DNA from: an uncultured Clostridia bacterium
GTDB lineage: Bacteria; Bacillota; Clostridia; TANB77; CAG-465
Assembly: GCA_949106495.1 (NCBI GenBank)
Contig: CARYZD010000005.1
Span: forward strand, 32,945 to 96,944
Length of the DNA: 64,000 nt
Direction of reading: 5' to 3'
Shown piece by piece: positions 43,085 through 53,163 of the stretch (within the stretch, counting starts at the first letter, position 1; each line of letters opens with the position of its first letter). The notes under the pieces are model-generated. The model saw only the letters and a program-made list of their open reading frames with translations, did not search any database and was not told the DNA's origin. The translations under genes were made by a program, and so were the position numbers.

Positions 43085-45241
43085 TTATATTATTTCAAAA
43101 TCTATTTGTTTTGTTAAAACATCTGATTTTATTAACCTTGCTTTTACTTTATCTCCTATCTTATATTTTTTAGAAGTCCTTTTCCCTATTAGCATTCTTG
43201 AAGACTCATCATAAAGAAAATAATCTCCTGGTATGTCATTAAAAGATACAAAGCCTTCAATTGTATTTTCTAGTTTAATAAATATACCAAATGATGTAAT
43301 TGAACATACTGTAGCATTAAATTCTTGACCAATAAAATCTCTCATATATATTGCCGAATATAAGCTATCAAAATCTCTTTCAATCTTAGTAGAATTTTTC
43401 TCCATTTCAGATGAACTTTTAGCATAGTCTTCAGCTTGTTTTTCATATCTTAATAGTTCATTCTTTTTAAATACTAACTTATTATCTATTGCCTTAGATA
43501 TAATTCTATGTATAAATAAATCTGGATATCTTCTTATTGGTGAAGTAAAATGACAATAATATTTAGCATTAAGTCCAAAATGTCCTAAACATTCATTACT
43601 ATACTTAGCAAGTTTTAATGACCTAAGCATATATGTTGATATTATATCTTTATCCTCATCTTTTTCAAATTTATTTAATATATCTGATAACGCTTTTGGA
43701 TGAACATCCTTTATACCTTTTATTCTTAATTTATAATTTGATAAAATCAAATTTAAATCTCTTAACTTCTCTTCATCTGGTTTTTCATGTATACGATAAA
43801 TAAATGGTAATTCTAAATAATAATATTTTTCTGCAACAATCATATTTGTAACTAACATAAACTCTTCTATTATTTGGTTTGCAAAAGTTATTGGATATGG
43901 TTCAATTTTTACTACATCTTCATTATCATCTAAAACAATATGAGTTTCAGGAATATTAAAATTAATACAACCTTCTTTTGTTCTCTTCTCATTTAATATT
44001 TTAGCTAATTCTTCCATTAAAAGCAAGTCTTCTTTATACATTCCATATTCTTTAGTAAGTTCTTCATCTTCCTGATTTGAAATTACTTTATATACTTTAT
44101 TATATGACATTTTCTTAGTTACTTTTATTACAGCTTTAAATACTTCTGAGCTTAAAACTTCTCCATTTTTAGATATTATCATATCCACTGCAAGAGAAAG
44201 TCTTTCCTCACCTGCATTTAAACTACAAATACCGTTGGATAATTCTTTAGGAAGCATTGGTATAACTTTTCCTGGAATATATATACTAGTTCCCCTAGCT
44301 ATTGCCTCTTTATCTAAAGCTGTCTTTTCTCTTACATAATGGCTTACATCTGCAATATATACTGAAAGTATATAATCTCCATTATCCTTTTTCTTAACAG
44401 AAACAGCATCATCTAAATCTTTTGCATCTGAAGAATCTATTGTATATACTCGCTCTTTAGTTCTATCTACTCTGTTTATCTTTTCTTCATTTAATACCAT
44501 ATGAGGAATATGTTTTAATTCTTCTTGTATATTTTGGTTAAATGTTTCCATTTTATCTAAATCATATGATACATATAATGATTTTGCATCAATATGGGCA
44601 TCTTTTGAATCTCCAATAATTTTTTCTATCTTTCCTTCTGCTTTATTATTTTCTGTAGGATATTTTGTAATTAATACCTGTACCACTTGCCCTGTTTTAT
44701 AATTTTGTGAATTCTTTTTAGAAATATATATATCATTAATACTATCATCTATTGGTATTACAAAACCAAAATTTTTAGATTTAGAAAATCTTCCTATTAC
44801 AGAAGTAGTATTTCTTTTTAATACCTTTACAACTTTTCCTTCTCTACTTTTTCCCGAATTATTAATTACCTCAACTAAAATTTCATCTTCATCCATTGCA
44901 CCATTTGAATTTCTAGAAGATATATATACATCTTCTCCATATTCTACAAGACCAAAGCCAAATCCAGATGATTTTGCTTGATACTTACATTTAATTAAAT
45001 GTGATTTAGAATATGGTACATATCTTTTACTATCATCTATATAAAAGATTCCTTCTTTTTCTAATTCATCAAGTATTTTATCTAGTTGCTTAACATCTGC
45101 TTGTGGAATAGCAAATAGTGCAATAATTTGCTTTTTAGTTGCAAGTTCATAATCACTACTTAAAAAGAAGGAAGTTAATACTTCCTTCCTTGTAGTATAT
45201 TTATCTTTTTGAATTTTATTAACTATCTTTTTACTCTTCAT
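43085..45241 (-). CDS. rnr: ribonuclease R (RNase II/R family: cold-shock domains, RNB catalytic domain, S1 domain)
   Basis: 718 aa. RNB motifs (DDAVSV, HYVREKTALDKEA), a C-terminal S1-like domain, and a K-rich tail. Confidence 0.9.
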   Translation of the reverse strand: MKSKKIVNKIQKDKYTTRKEVLTSFFLSSDYELATKKQIIALFAIPQADVKQLDKILDELEKEGIFYIDDSKRYVPYSKSHLIKCKYQAKSSGFGFGLVEYGEDVYISSRNSNGAMDEDEILVEVINNSGKSREGKVVKVLKRNTTSVIGRFSKSKNFGFVIPIDDSINDIYISKKNSQNYKTGQVVQVLITKYPTENNKAEGKIEKIIGDSKDAHIDAKSLYVSYDLDKMETFNQNIQEELKHIPHMVLNEEKINRVDRTKERVYTIDSSDAKDLDDAVSVKKKDNGDYILSVYIADVSHYVREKTALDKEAIARGTSIYIPGKVIPMLPKELSNGICSLNAGEERLSLAVDMIISKNGEVLSSEVFKAVIKVTKKMSYNKVYKVISNQEDEELTKEYGMYKEDLLLMEELAKILNEKRTKEGCINFNIPETHIVLDDNEDVVKIEPYPITFANQIIEEFMLVTNMIVAEKYYYLELPFIYRIHEKPDEEKLRDLNLILSNYKLRIKGIKDVHPKALSDILNKFEKDEDKDIISTYMLRSLKLAKYSNECLGHFGLNAKYYCHFTSPIRRYPDLFIHRIISKAIDNKLVFKKNELLRYEKQAEDYAKSSSEMEKNSTKIERDFDSLYSAIYMRDFIGQEFNATVCSITSFGIFIKLENTIEGFVSFNDIPGDYFLYDESSRMLIGKRTSKKYKIGDKVKARLIKSDVLTKQIDFEII

Positions 45242-45255
45242 ATAATCCTTTACCT

Positions 45256-45492
45256 TTATTTAATTATTGAAAATGTTGTAGCAAAGCATAATATACCAAA
45301 AATTATAGCTAAAACAACTGTTATTTTAGATAATTTTCCATCTAAAGTTTTTGACTTGTTTGAACCATAAAAAGTATTGTTTCCTGTAACAGCTGATTGT
45401 TGATCTTTACTTGATTGTAGCATTACAACTATTGTAAGAACTATACCAACTAATATTGTAGCTATTGCTAATGTCCAATCTATCCAACCCAT
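45256..45492 (-). CDS. secG: preprotein translocase subunit SecG
   Basis: 78 aa with two TM helices and a Gly-rich loop. The conserved secG-rnr arrangement supports the call. Confidence 0.75.
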   Translation of the reverse strand: MGWIDWTLAIATILVGIVLTIVVMLQSSKDQQSAVTGNNTFYGSNKSKTLDGKLSKITVVLAIIFGILCFATTFSIIK

Positions 45493-45557
45493 ATTGTATT
45501 CCTCCTAATTAAAACATGTCTTGTTTACTTGGATATTATAACATAAAAAATTACAAA

Positions 45558-47537
45558 TTACAAGTTAATATATTCGTTTTCTTCTACAGTATCGAGTATA
45601 TTATATATTTTGCTACTATTTATTATATTATTCACATAAACATACTTAATATATACATCATTTAATGATTTTTTATATACTTCTATTGCATATTCATTTT
45701 TACTATGAAATTCTTTAAGTTTATTTATTTCTTTAATCATATCCTCTAAGTATAATTCATATCCATTTTTTATATTATCTTTATAATTAATAATAACCAA
45801 TTCATCTAAATACTTATACACATAATACACATAATCTTCAATTGTATATTTATTATTTTTTTCATATTTAATCTCATTTAGAATATTATTATATATTTTA
45901 TTTATTATTTCATATTTTTTATTAGTATTATCTATTCCATATATATCTTCTTTTATTTCTAAAATACTTACATAAGTATTACATGCAGTAGTATAGTCTC
46001 TAATATATTCTAAATCATATGGATCATATTTTAATGCCAACTCGCATTTATTTATTACTTTTTCCTGCTTCTCTAATGAATTATTTAAATTATCTACTTC
46101 AAATGGAAAAATGAAAAATGCTACTACCTGCATAGATAATAATATAAATACTAAAATAAAAATTACTATATTAATTATCTTGTATGCTTTTTTACACTCT
46201 TCTTCATCTATTTTAATCATCGCCATAATAATTGCAAACACATAAAGCATAAATGTATATGTTAAGAATACATCAAATGTGGCAAAAATTATCAAAGTAA
46301 CAAACATAATTAAATAATTTTTATTTTGAGCTTTTTTTATTAAATAACAAATTAATATAAGTATTGAAGTTATTCCAATCAGTCCACCCTCAAGAAATAC
46401 TTGAATAAAAAAGCTATGTGTTTCAAGTGATATATATTGCATATCTTGTACTGTTTCATACATTGTTCTAAAAGCATTTCCACCCATACCAAATATTGCA
46501 TTTAATGGAGAACTAAAAATTAGTTTTAGTGCATCCTTATAATATGTAAATCTTAGTTTAGTACTATCAAAGTTATTAAAATATTCTATAATTCTATCAA
46601 ATATACTAGCATAATTATTAGTACTGTTTATATATAAAATTCCAAGTAAAATAAATAATATACAACCAAAATAAAATTTAAATTTACTATTTTTACTAAC
46701 TAAATTTATTTTAAAATAAATGTAAAATGCTGTAATAATTAATGCTATTAAAATTATAAATATACCATGTATTTCTGTTAAGGAAGCAACAACAAGTGAA
46801 TATACAATGCAAAATAAAATATCTATTATATTTTTATATTTTTTATTAATTATACATATACAAATTGTTGATACAATATATAATAATAATGCCATTTTAG
46901 ATTGTGTAATTAACATTATAATAGTAAAAAATACAATTGATACATAGTTAATTATTTTATTTTTTTTCTTAATTTCTTTATTTTCAAATAATTTATTAAT
47001 TACATAAAGAGATGATATCACACAAAGTATAGCAAGTAAATTAGAATATTGAAATATACTTCCAATTCTTGTACTTTCTTCTTGTATATATCCCCCACCT
47101 AAAAATTTAAGAGGCATTTCAAATATCTTATATGACATTTCATCTAGTGCAAAAATACCACAGATAATAGTAAAAACACATAAAGCTTTAATATACTTTT
47201 CTTTATTTTCTGAATTAGAAATTATAATATATACTAAATACATGCTATAAATTCTACTTGCTATATTAATTGCGCCAGATATAGTAGCTGTATTTTGAAT
47301 AAATAAAGGAATAAAATATGATATTATAAGCATTAAAAAAGATGTACCAATAAATTTATTTAATTTTATTCTTCCTTGACTAAATATATAATATAATATT
47401 GATATTAGTTGTATAATATATATTCCTATTAAACTATCTTCTTTATAATATCCACCTTTTCTTATTCCAATAAAAAACATTATAAATATTAATATATATT
47501 CTAATATATTTTTTATTTTCTTATGATTTATATTCAT
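45558..47537 (-). CDS. O-antigen ligase (Wzy_C)-family polytopic membrane protein with C-terminal soluble repeat domain
   Basis: 659 aa with 10 or more TM helices. The periplasmic loop with ...SLETHSFFIQVFLEGGLIG is typical of O-antigen ligase/polymerase. C-terminal ~180-aa Y/N/K-rich soluble domain. Confidence 0.6.
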   Translation of the reverse strand: MNINHKKIKNILEYILIFIMFFIGIRKGGYYKEDSLIGIYIIQLISILYYIFSQGRIKLNKFIGTSFLMLIISYFIPLFIQNTATISGAINIASRIYSMYLVYIIISNSENKEKYIKALCVFTIICGIFALDEMSYKIFEMPLKFLGGGYIQEESTRIGSIFQYSNLLAILCVISSLYVINKLFENKEIKKKNKIINYVSIVFFTIIMLITQSKMALLLYIVSTICICIINKKYKNIIDILFCIVYSLVVASLTEIHGIFIILIALIITAFYIYFKINLVSKNSKFKFYFGCILFILLGILYINSTNNYASIFDRIIEYFNNFDSTKLRFTYYKDALKLIFSSPLNAIFGMGGNAFRTMYETVQDMQYISLETHSFFIQVFLEGGLIGITSILILICYLIKKAQNKNYLIMFVTLIIFATFDVFLTYTFMLYVFAIIMAMIKIDEEECKKAYKIINIVIFILVFILLSMQVVAFFIFPFEVDNLNNSLEKQEKVINKCELALKYDPYDLEYIRDYTTACNTYVSILEIKEDIYGIDNTNKKYEIINKIYNNILNEIKYEKNNKYTIEDYVYYVYKYLDELVIINYKDNIKNGYELYLEDMIKEINKLKEFHSKNEYAIEVYKKSLNDVYIKYVYVNNIINSSKIYNILDTVEENEYINL

Positions 47538-47605
47538 TAGCCTACCTCGTTAAGAAAATTATATATTATTTATACTAAATTTACAAGAAAAAAGAGTAGC
47601 CAATG

Positions 47606-47794
47606 CTACTCTTCATCTAAATTATTAAGACCATATTCTATTAATTGATTAACTATATTATTGATAGATATTCCATTTTTTTCTGATATCAAAGAAATTT
47701 TATCAAATGTATTTCCACTCATTCTTATAGTTCTAGCAATACTATCTTTTGTTTTATTATTTACAACTATTTTTAACTTTCCCATAATTATCAC
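47606..47794 (-). CDS. small hypothetical protein (62 aa), possibly DNA-binding
   Basis: RBS-like sequence upstream. No confident family assignment. Confidence 0.3.
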   Translation of the reverse strand: MIIMGKLKIVVNNKTKDSIARTIRMSGNTFDKISLISEKNGISINNIVNQLIEYGLNNLDEE

Positions 47795-47907
47795 CTATAC
47801 TTATTATAAGTAGTTTTCAGGATAATATAAGCACATATTTAGGTATACTTTAGGTGTACAAATGTGTTTTTTGGTGTTATACTATAAATATATGGAGGTT
47901 ATAAGCT

Positions 47908-48057
47908 ATGAGACGAGAATTAAAAAGATATATTATTATATGTACAATTATAATTTTTATAACTATTTTCAATATAATAATGCTTATACTTAATATTTAC
48001 AATTTTAATAAATTAAATAAACATTATACCAATATACAAATAGAAAAAGCTGAATAA
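47908..48057 (+). CDS. putative 49-aa small hydrophobic membrane peptide (not in the ORF track)
   Basis: GGAGG (47894-47898) plus 9 nt plus ATG. Sequence MRRELKRYIIICTIIIFITIFNIIMLILNIYNF.... The stop is embedded in a terminator hairpin (aaagctgaat-aataa-attcagcttt + T-run). Confidence 0.35.
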   Translation: MRRELKRYIIICTIIIFITIFNIIMLILNIYNFNKLNKHYTNIQIEKAE

Positions 48058-48074
48058 TAAATTCAGCTTTTTAA

Positions 48075-48965
48075 CTATTGTGTAACTTCTTGTACTATAT
48101 TTCTTTGTCCATCATCAGTAATTCCTGCTCCCACATTTGGATTTATAGATGAATATGCAACATCAATTAAAAATATAATTACAAGTACTATACATACACA
48201 TTCTCTTACTTGTTTAGGTATTTTAGAAATTAACGACTGCATATGTGGTGCAACTACATATAAGCATAAACATCCTCCTATGCCAAATAGTGTTATACCT
48301 TCAAAACATATTCTACCATTTATATTTAGGAAATATCCTGTATAATCCCACCATCTCATACCATGACTAATTTCAAGATAAAGTGATGTAAAATATTCTA
48401 TTGTTCCACAAAGTAACATTACAACAAAAAATGTAATTATGGGATTATCTGTTATTTTTTTATACTTTTTTGGTAAGAAAAGTAAAAATAATATAACAAT
48501 ACATCCTGAGCCATATATTGGAAGCCATGGTCCAATCATTGTTCCCCTATTTACAAATCGTCCATCTTTAAAAAGATAAATTGCTACTTCCCAAAGCCAT
48601 CCAAAAAATGAAAAAGTAAAAAACATTAATATAAGTGATGTTAAACTATACTTTTGATAGTAGTTAAACATTTCATCTGCATTTTTTAAATATCTTCTCT
48701 TTACTCCTGGATAACAATCATTATTTTCTGGATTTTCCATTAAATATGAATCATTTAACAACTCATATCCTTCTTGTTCATTCTCTTTATAGTCTCTTTT
48801 AGCTTCTGTATAAAATTCAACTATACTTGCTGTATAATATGGGTTATATGCTATTACACCTAATATACCTAACGTTATTATGTCTAAAACTTGATAAATA
48901 AAAAATGATAAATCTAACATTAATAATTTTCTCTTTTTTCCATTCATCATTTTTCTTGAAAGCAT
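48075..48965 (-). CDS. putative ABC-transporter type IV family membrane protein (DUF1113-like)
   Basis: 296 aa. MIGPWLPIYGSGCIVILF...WWDY pattern shared with the 61345..62016 ORF. Confidence 0.45.
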   Translation of the reverse strand: MLSRKMMNGKKRKLLMLDLSFFIYQVLDIITLGILGVIAYNPYYTASIVEFYTEAKRDYKENEQEGYELLNDSYLMENPENNDCYPGVKRRYLKNADEMFNYYQKYSLTSLILMFFTFSFFGWLWEVAIYLFKDGRFVNRGTMIGPWLPIYGSGCIVILFLLFLPKKYKKITDNPIITFFVVMLLCGTIEYFTSLYLEISHGMRWWDYTGYFLNINGRICFEGITLFGIGGCLCLYVVAPHMQSLISKIPKQVRECVCIVLVIIFLIDVAYSSINPNVGAGITDDGQRNIVQEVTQ

Positions 48966-48971
48966 TATAGC

Positions 48972-49667
48972 CTATTTAGGTTTAATATTTGGATTTTCTG
49001 CCATTATCATTGGAACTAATCTATATGAATATTTTTTTATTAATCCTCCAATAATTGTAAAATCCCATAGTAATTGATATATATCTGTAAGCAGTATTGT
49101 TCTTACAACATTTAAATAGTTTTTCTTTTTAATTACATCTACCATTCTTTTAAATGGTGTTTTATAATATATTCTTGATTCCATAAATACTCTTGCTTGG
49201 CACACCTTAAGTGGTTTTGCAATAAATATTTTATATAAAAATTGTATTAGTAATATTATTATTCCTAAAGTAATTGTTTTCTTTGATGTTACAAAAAAGT
49301 CTACTATATATTTAACTATCTTAAATAAAAATTGTTCAGCATGAGTTATACCATCAAATATTGTTCTAAAAAATCCTCCTGTTACACTCTCTTTAAATTT
49401 TACTTCTTCAATCTTATCTGTTTTAAAAATTAAATTTAATACTTCTGCTGTGACATCCAAATTCGAACCAGATATTAAATCACTTTCTATATCACTAACT
49501 TCACTTTGGATAACTGCGTCTTCTCTTAATAAATTCTTAAGTCCATTAAATGAAGTTGTATAACTTCCTGCAACAATCATCATAATAAGACAAACAAATA
49601 CTAATGTAAAATAGTTTTTTCTTATTGTATTTCTTGCCTGTTTTCTAATCTCTTTATTCGATTTCAT
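48972..49667 (-). CDS. hypothetical membrane protein
   Basis: 231 aa with two to three hydrophobic helices. No recognisable motifs. Confidence 0.35.
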   Translation of the reverse strand: MKSNKEIRKQARNTIRKNYFTLVFVCLIMMIVAGSYTTSFNGLKNLLREDAVIQSEVSDIESDLISGSNLDVTAEVLNLIFKTDKIEEVKFKESVTGGFFRTIFDGITHAEQFLFKIVKYIVDFFVTSKKTITLGIIILLIQFLYKIFIAKPLKVCQARVFMESRIYYKTPFKRMVDVIKKKNYLNVVRTILLTDIYQLLWDFTIIGGLIKKYSYRLVPMIMAENPNIKPK

Positions 49668-49753
49668 AAAGCATTTCTCCTATAAATTATATTAGCATAA
49701 TTTATAATATTTTACAATATATTTTCTGACAAAAGCAGACACAATAATGTCTG

Positions 49754-50947
49754 TTAATTTTTATAATTTTTCTCAATTAATTTTAATTGTATATATACTA
49801 TAACACACATTGGTAAAAATATACCACAAACACCTGCTAAAGCATACTGTAACTTTATATTACCCAAATAATTTATAACATATACAAGTGGTATATATAA
49901 GAATCTTGCACCAGTTGATGCAACAGACATTACACTAGTTTGAATTTCATTTCCAGTTGACTCTTGTAAAGATGTACTTAAATTGGCTTCTACAAGTCCA
50001 TGAACAAAACCATTTAAAGCAAATAACCATACTGTTATAATATTTGTTTTAAATACTAAAACAAACATCCATAAAAATTCAATAAATATTGGAATAATAA
50101 ACTTATTAGATGTTTTAGAGTTTATCATCTTTTCTGATACTTTTCCTCCAATTATTTGCATTATTTGATTTAATACCCATCCCATACTTACAATTTCAAT
50201 AGGAACTCCTACCATTATTAGAAGTGGAGTAAATACCCAAATTTGTGAATGTGTAATCTCTTTTCCTAAGATGTAACTTATTAAATATGTTCTTGCCTTT
50301 TTTTCTCTAACTATTTCTTTTATAGTGAAGATAATATCTTTTAATGGATTTTTATGTTTTACTTCTGCCTTTTTGTTATAATCTTTTATTCCAAATGCAA
50401 TTATTCCACCTAAAAAATATGGAATAAAAGAAAGTCCTATTGTAAGTCTTAAGCTATATTTTGCAATAAATCCACCAAGTACTACGACAATTAATAATGC
50501 TACATATCTTGCTGTATGTATTTTTACATTAATTTTTCTAAATAATTTTCCAGACTCATCAAGTTTGTCGCAATTAAATTTAATGAAACTCTGGTCAACT
50601 CCATTTGTCATTGCCATAAATACACCTAATAAACATTCAGATAAAAGTACCATATATACATCTTGCGAAAATGCATATATAATAAATACAATTGCAACAC
50701 CAATGTCCCCAATTATATTTAATGCTTTCCTGTTAAATCTATCTGCAATATATCCCATTGGAATATCTAGACACACTATTACAATTGTGAAAGCCATCTG
50801 TACGAAGCCAATAGCAGTTTGATTCATTCCAATTGAGTTCCAAAAAATTGTTATTGTTGCAACAGAAAAACCAGCTCCAATAGAAGTTAATATAGTTTCT
50901 AAAATTATTCTAATTAAGTTTTTTCTGTATTCATTTTTAGAAATCAT
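49754..50947 (-). CDS. MFS transporter
   Basis: 397 aa with about 12 TM helices. MFS-like DRFNRK loop motif. Confidence 0.7.
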   Translation of the reverse strand: MISKNEYRKNLIRIILETILTSIGAGFSVATITIFWNSIGMNQTAIGFVQMAFTIVIVCLDIPMGYIADRFNRKALNIIGDIGVAIVFIIYAFSQDVYMVLLSECLLGVFMAMTNGVDQSFIKFNCDKLDESGKLFRKINVKIHTARYVALLIVVVLGGFIAKYSLRLTIGLSFIPYFLGGIIAFGIKDYNKKAEVKHKNPLKDIIFTIKEIVREKKARTYLISYILGKEITHSQIWVFTPLLIMVGVPIEIVSMGWVLNQIMQIIGGKVSEKMINSKTSNKFIIPIFIEFLWMFVLVFKTNIITVWLFALNGFVHGLVEANLSTSLQESTGNEIQTSVMSVASTGARFLYIPLVYVINYLGNIKLQYALAGVCGIFLPMCVIVYIQLKLIEKNYKN

Positions 50948-50949
50948 AA

Positions 50950-51115
50950 CATCTCCTCCTTTCTTTTTTAATTGGATACACTAAAAAAGTAAAAAAAGAC
51001 CCATAGATTTGTCTTTTTAAGACTCCTCTATGAGTTTATACGCTCAAATAAAGTGTACCAATTTTTTAATTGGCTGTGTAGCTTCCTTTATAGGTTATAC
51101 ACACTCTTAATGTTT
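50950..51115 (-). promoter_or_regulatory. MFS transporter 5' leader: promoter TTGACA-18-TATAAT and ~165-nt leader with a terminator-like hairpin just upstream of the RBS (candidate riboswitch/attenuator)
   Basis: Minus strand: hairpins ccaatt-aaaa-aattgg and aagac-aaatctatgg-gtctt plus UUUUUUU, then AAGGAGGAG plus ATG. A long-range inverted repeat (aattggatacact / agtgtaccaatt) brackets the leader. Confidence 0.3.
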
Positions 51116-51196
51116 TATTATTATAACATAGCATTTGTAATTATGTCAAGTAATATTTTAATAATTATATTTAAACACAAAAAAGAGTAGATTACT

Positions 51197-51743
51197 CTAC
51201 CCTTTCAAATTAAATTTTTTTACCATATTTTTAGTTGCAAATTTACCTTCTACTTTATCTAAGAATACTATACCGTCTAAATGGTCTACCTCGTGTTGAA
51301 CAAGTCTTGCAAAATATCCATTTACAACTCTTTGTACCTTAGTTCCTTTTTCAGTATAATATTCTAAAAATATAGATTTATATCTTTTAACTTTTCCTGT
51401 GATTTCTGGAACACTAGCACAAGCTTCATATTGTAAATCTGTATCTGCTCCATTAATTATTTTTAATCTAGGATTAATCATTACTGTTAATGGTATTTCT
51501 TCCATATCTTTATAGCTATTATTACCATTTTCATTTAATTTAACTTTAATTGCAATTATTCTTAAATCCACACCAACTTGTGGTGCTGCAAGACCGAATG
51601 CACCTTCATATTCTAATGTTGTCTTTAAATCTTCTATGAATTCTACTAATTCAGGTTCTTTTATTCCGTTTTAAATCCACTTCTTTGCATTTCTTTTCTA
51701 ATATAGGATTTCCTATCTCACTAATTTTTAAAACTCTTTTCAT
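51197..51743 (-). CDS. def: peptide deformylase, interrupted by a single-base frameshift at ~51660-51672 (A-homopolymer)
   Basis: RBS AAGGAAG plus 7 nt plus ATG at 51743. The first frame gives MKRVLKISEIGNPILEKKCKEVDLK then a stop. The next frame gives ...EPELVEFIEDL...GLAAPQVG (PDF motif 1), continuing to EACASVPE (motif 2) and QHEVDHLDG (motif 3). Confidence 0.75.
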
Positions 51744-51872
51744 TTTCATACTTCCTTAAATATTAATCTTTAGAATATCATTATAATGTTATGTTAACAT
51801 TATAACATTTAGTGATATATATGTCAAACAAAAAAGAAGAGCAAACATTATATTCACTCTTCTTTTCTATTT

Positions 51873-51949
<77 letters not shown>

Positions 51950-52031
51950 ATCAGTACCTGTTTGGTACTCTAATATAATAACACAGTACGACCTAAAAAT
52001 CAAGTATTTTTTTACATATTTTTATAATTTT

Positions 52032-53150
52032 CTATAAATTATTAGTATCAATTACAAATAAAGGTACTTCCATTTCTTCTTTAGTCAAGCCTGCATGTCT
52101 TGCCTCCATAAGGAATCCACCTTTTTCCCACTCTATCGCTTTATCTGAAATTGCAAAAGCCATATATTCTCCTACAACGTCATCTATTCTAGAATTTTTT
52201 ATACCTTTTCCAAATAGTTCTTTTTCAAGTATTTCCTTTTTAGACATAAGTATAAAATCTTTTCCAAAAATTTTGTTAAATTCTTGTGGAAATATATTAA
52301 TATATTCTTCTTTTACAAAGAAATTTACAGCTCTTGATTCTATACTTGGTTTTCTTACTAACATATCTTGTATTTTAGGATAATCTTCTAAGTATACAGC
52401 TTGTATATCAACTAAACCATGGTCTGCCATAACTACAATTAATGTATCGTCTAATATTTCAGCTAATTCACAGACCAAACTATTTATATATCTTATATTT
52501 TCTTTTACATACTCATGGTCTACACCAAGTGCATGCATTACTGAGTCTGGTTCTTCAAGATATGTATAAATAAAATCTTGAACATCATTTTTAGCTATTT
52601 CTTTTACTCTTTGTAGCATTTCTTCACAGCTATATACAAATTCATCTGTATCTGAATATTTAGATATATCATGAGAAGTAACAACACCGTTTGTAGTTTC
52701 TTTAATAATATCAAAAATATGTTTATATCCCATATATTTTTGAGCTGCATTACAATCTGCTACTTCCTCATTACTATCTTGATATTTATTTGTAAATACA
52801 GTAATATTTGCATCATATTCTTTAAAGTACATATCCCATCCAAGCCATGCATGTTCAATAGGTGTTTTACCACTTTCTATTGTTGGTATTGCACACCCTG
52901 TTGTACTAGGACATACTGAAGAAATTGGTCCTTCATAATGCTTCATTAAAAAGTCTGTATCTCTTAAGTGTTCTTTTATAGATGATACACCCATTCCATC
53001 AAATACCATAAGTACAATATTTTTAAATCTCTTTTCTAGTTTTTTATCTAATAGTTCTAAACTTTTATGTCCATTATCATAACCATAATATTTAAGTATT
53101 GATGATATAACAGATAATATACTATTATCATAATCTGGGTATTTAATCAT
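52032..53150 (-). CDS. alkaline-phosphatase-superfamily metalloenzyme (nucleotide pyrophosphatase/phosphodiesterase-like)
   Basis: 372 aa. VLMVFDGMG near the N-terminus, with MADHG and HxxxH-like motifs typical of the AlkP core. Confidence 0.55.
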   Translation of the reverse strand: MIKYPDYDNSILSVISSILKYYGYDNGHKSLELLDKKLEKRFKNIVLMVFDGMGVSSIKEHLRDTDFLMKHYEGPISSVCPSTTGCAIPTIESGKTPIEHAWLGWDMYFKEYDANITVFTNKYQDSNEEVADCNAAQKYMGYKHIFDIIKETTNGVVTSHDISKYSDTDEFVYSCEEMLQRVKEIAKNDVQDFIYTYLEEPDSVMHALGVDHEYVKENIRYINSLVCELAEILDDTLIVVMADHGLVDIQAVYLEDYPKIQDMLVRKPSIESRAVNFFVKEEYINIFPQEFNKIFGKDFILMSKKEILEKELFGKGIKNSRIDDVVGEYMAFAISDKAIEWEKGGFLMEARHAGLTKEEMEVPLFVIDTNNL

Positions 53151-53163
53151 ATATAATTGCCTC

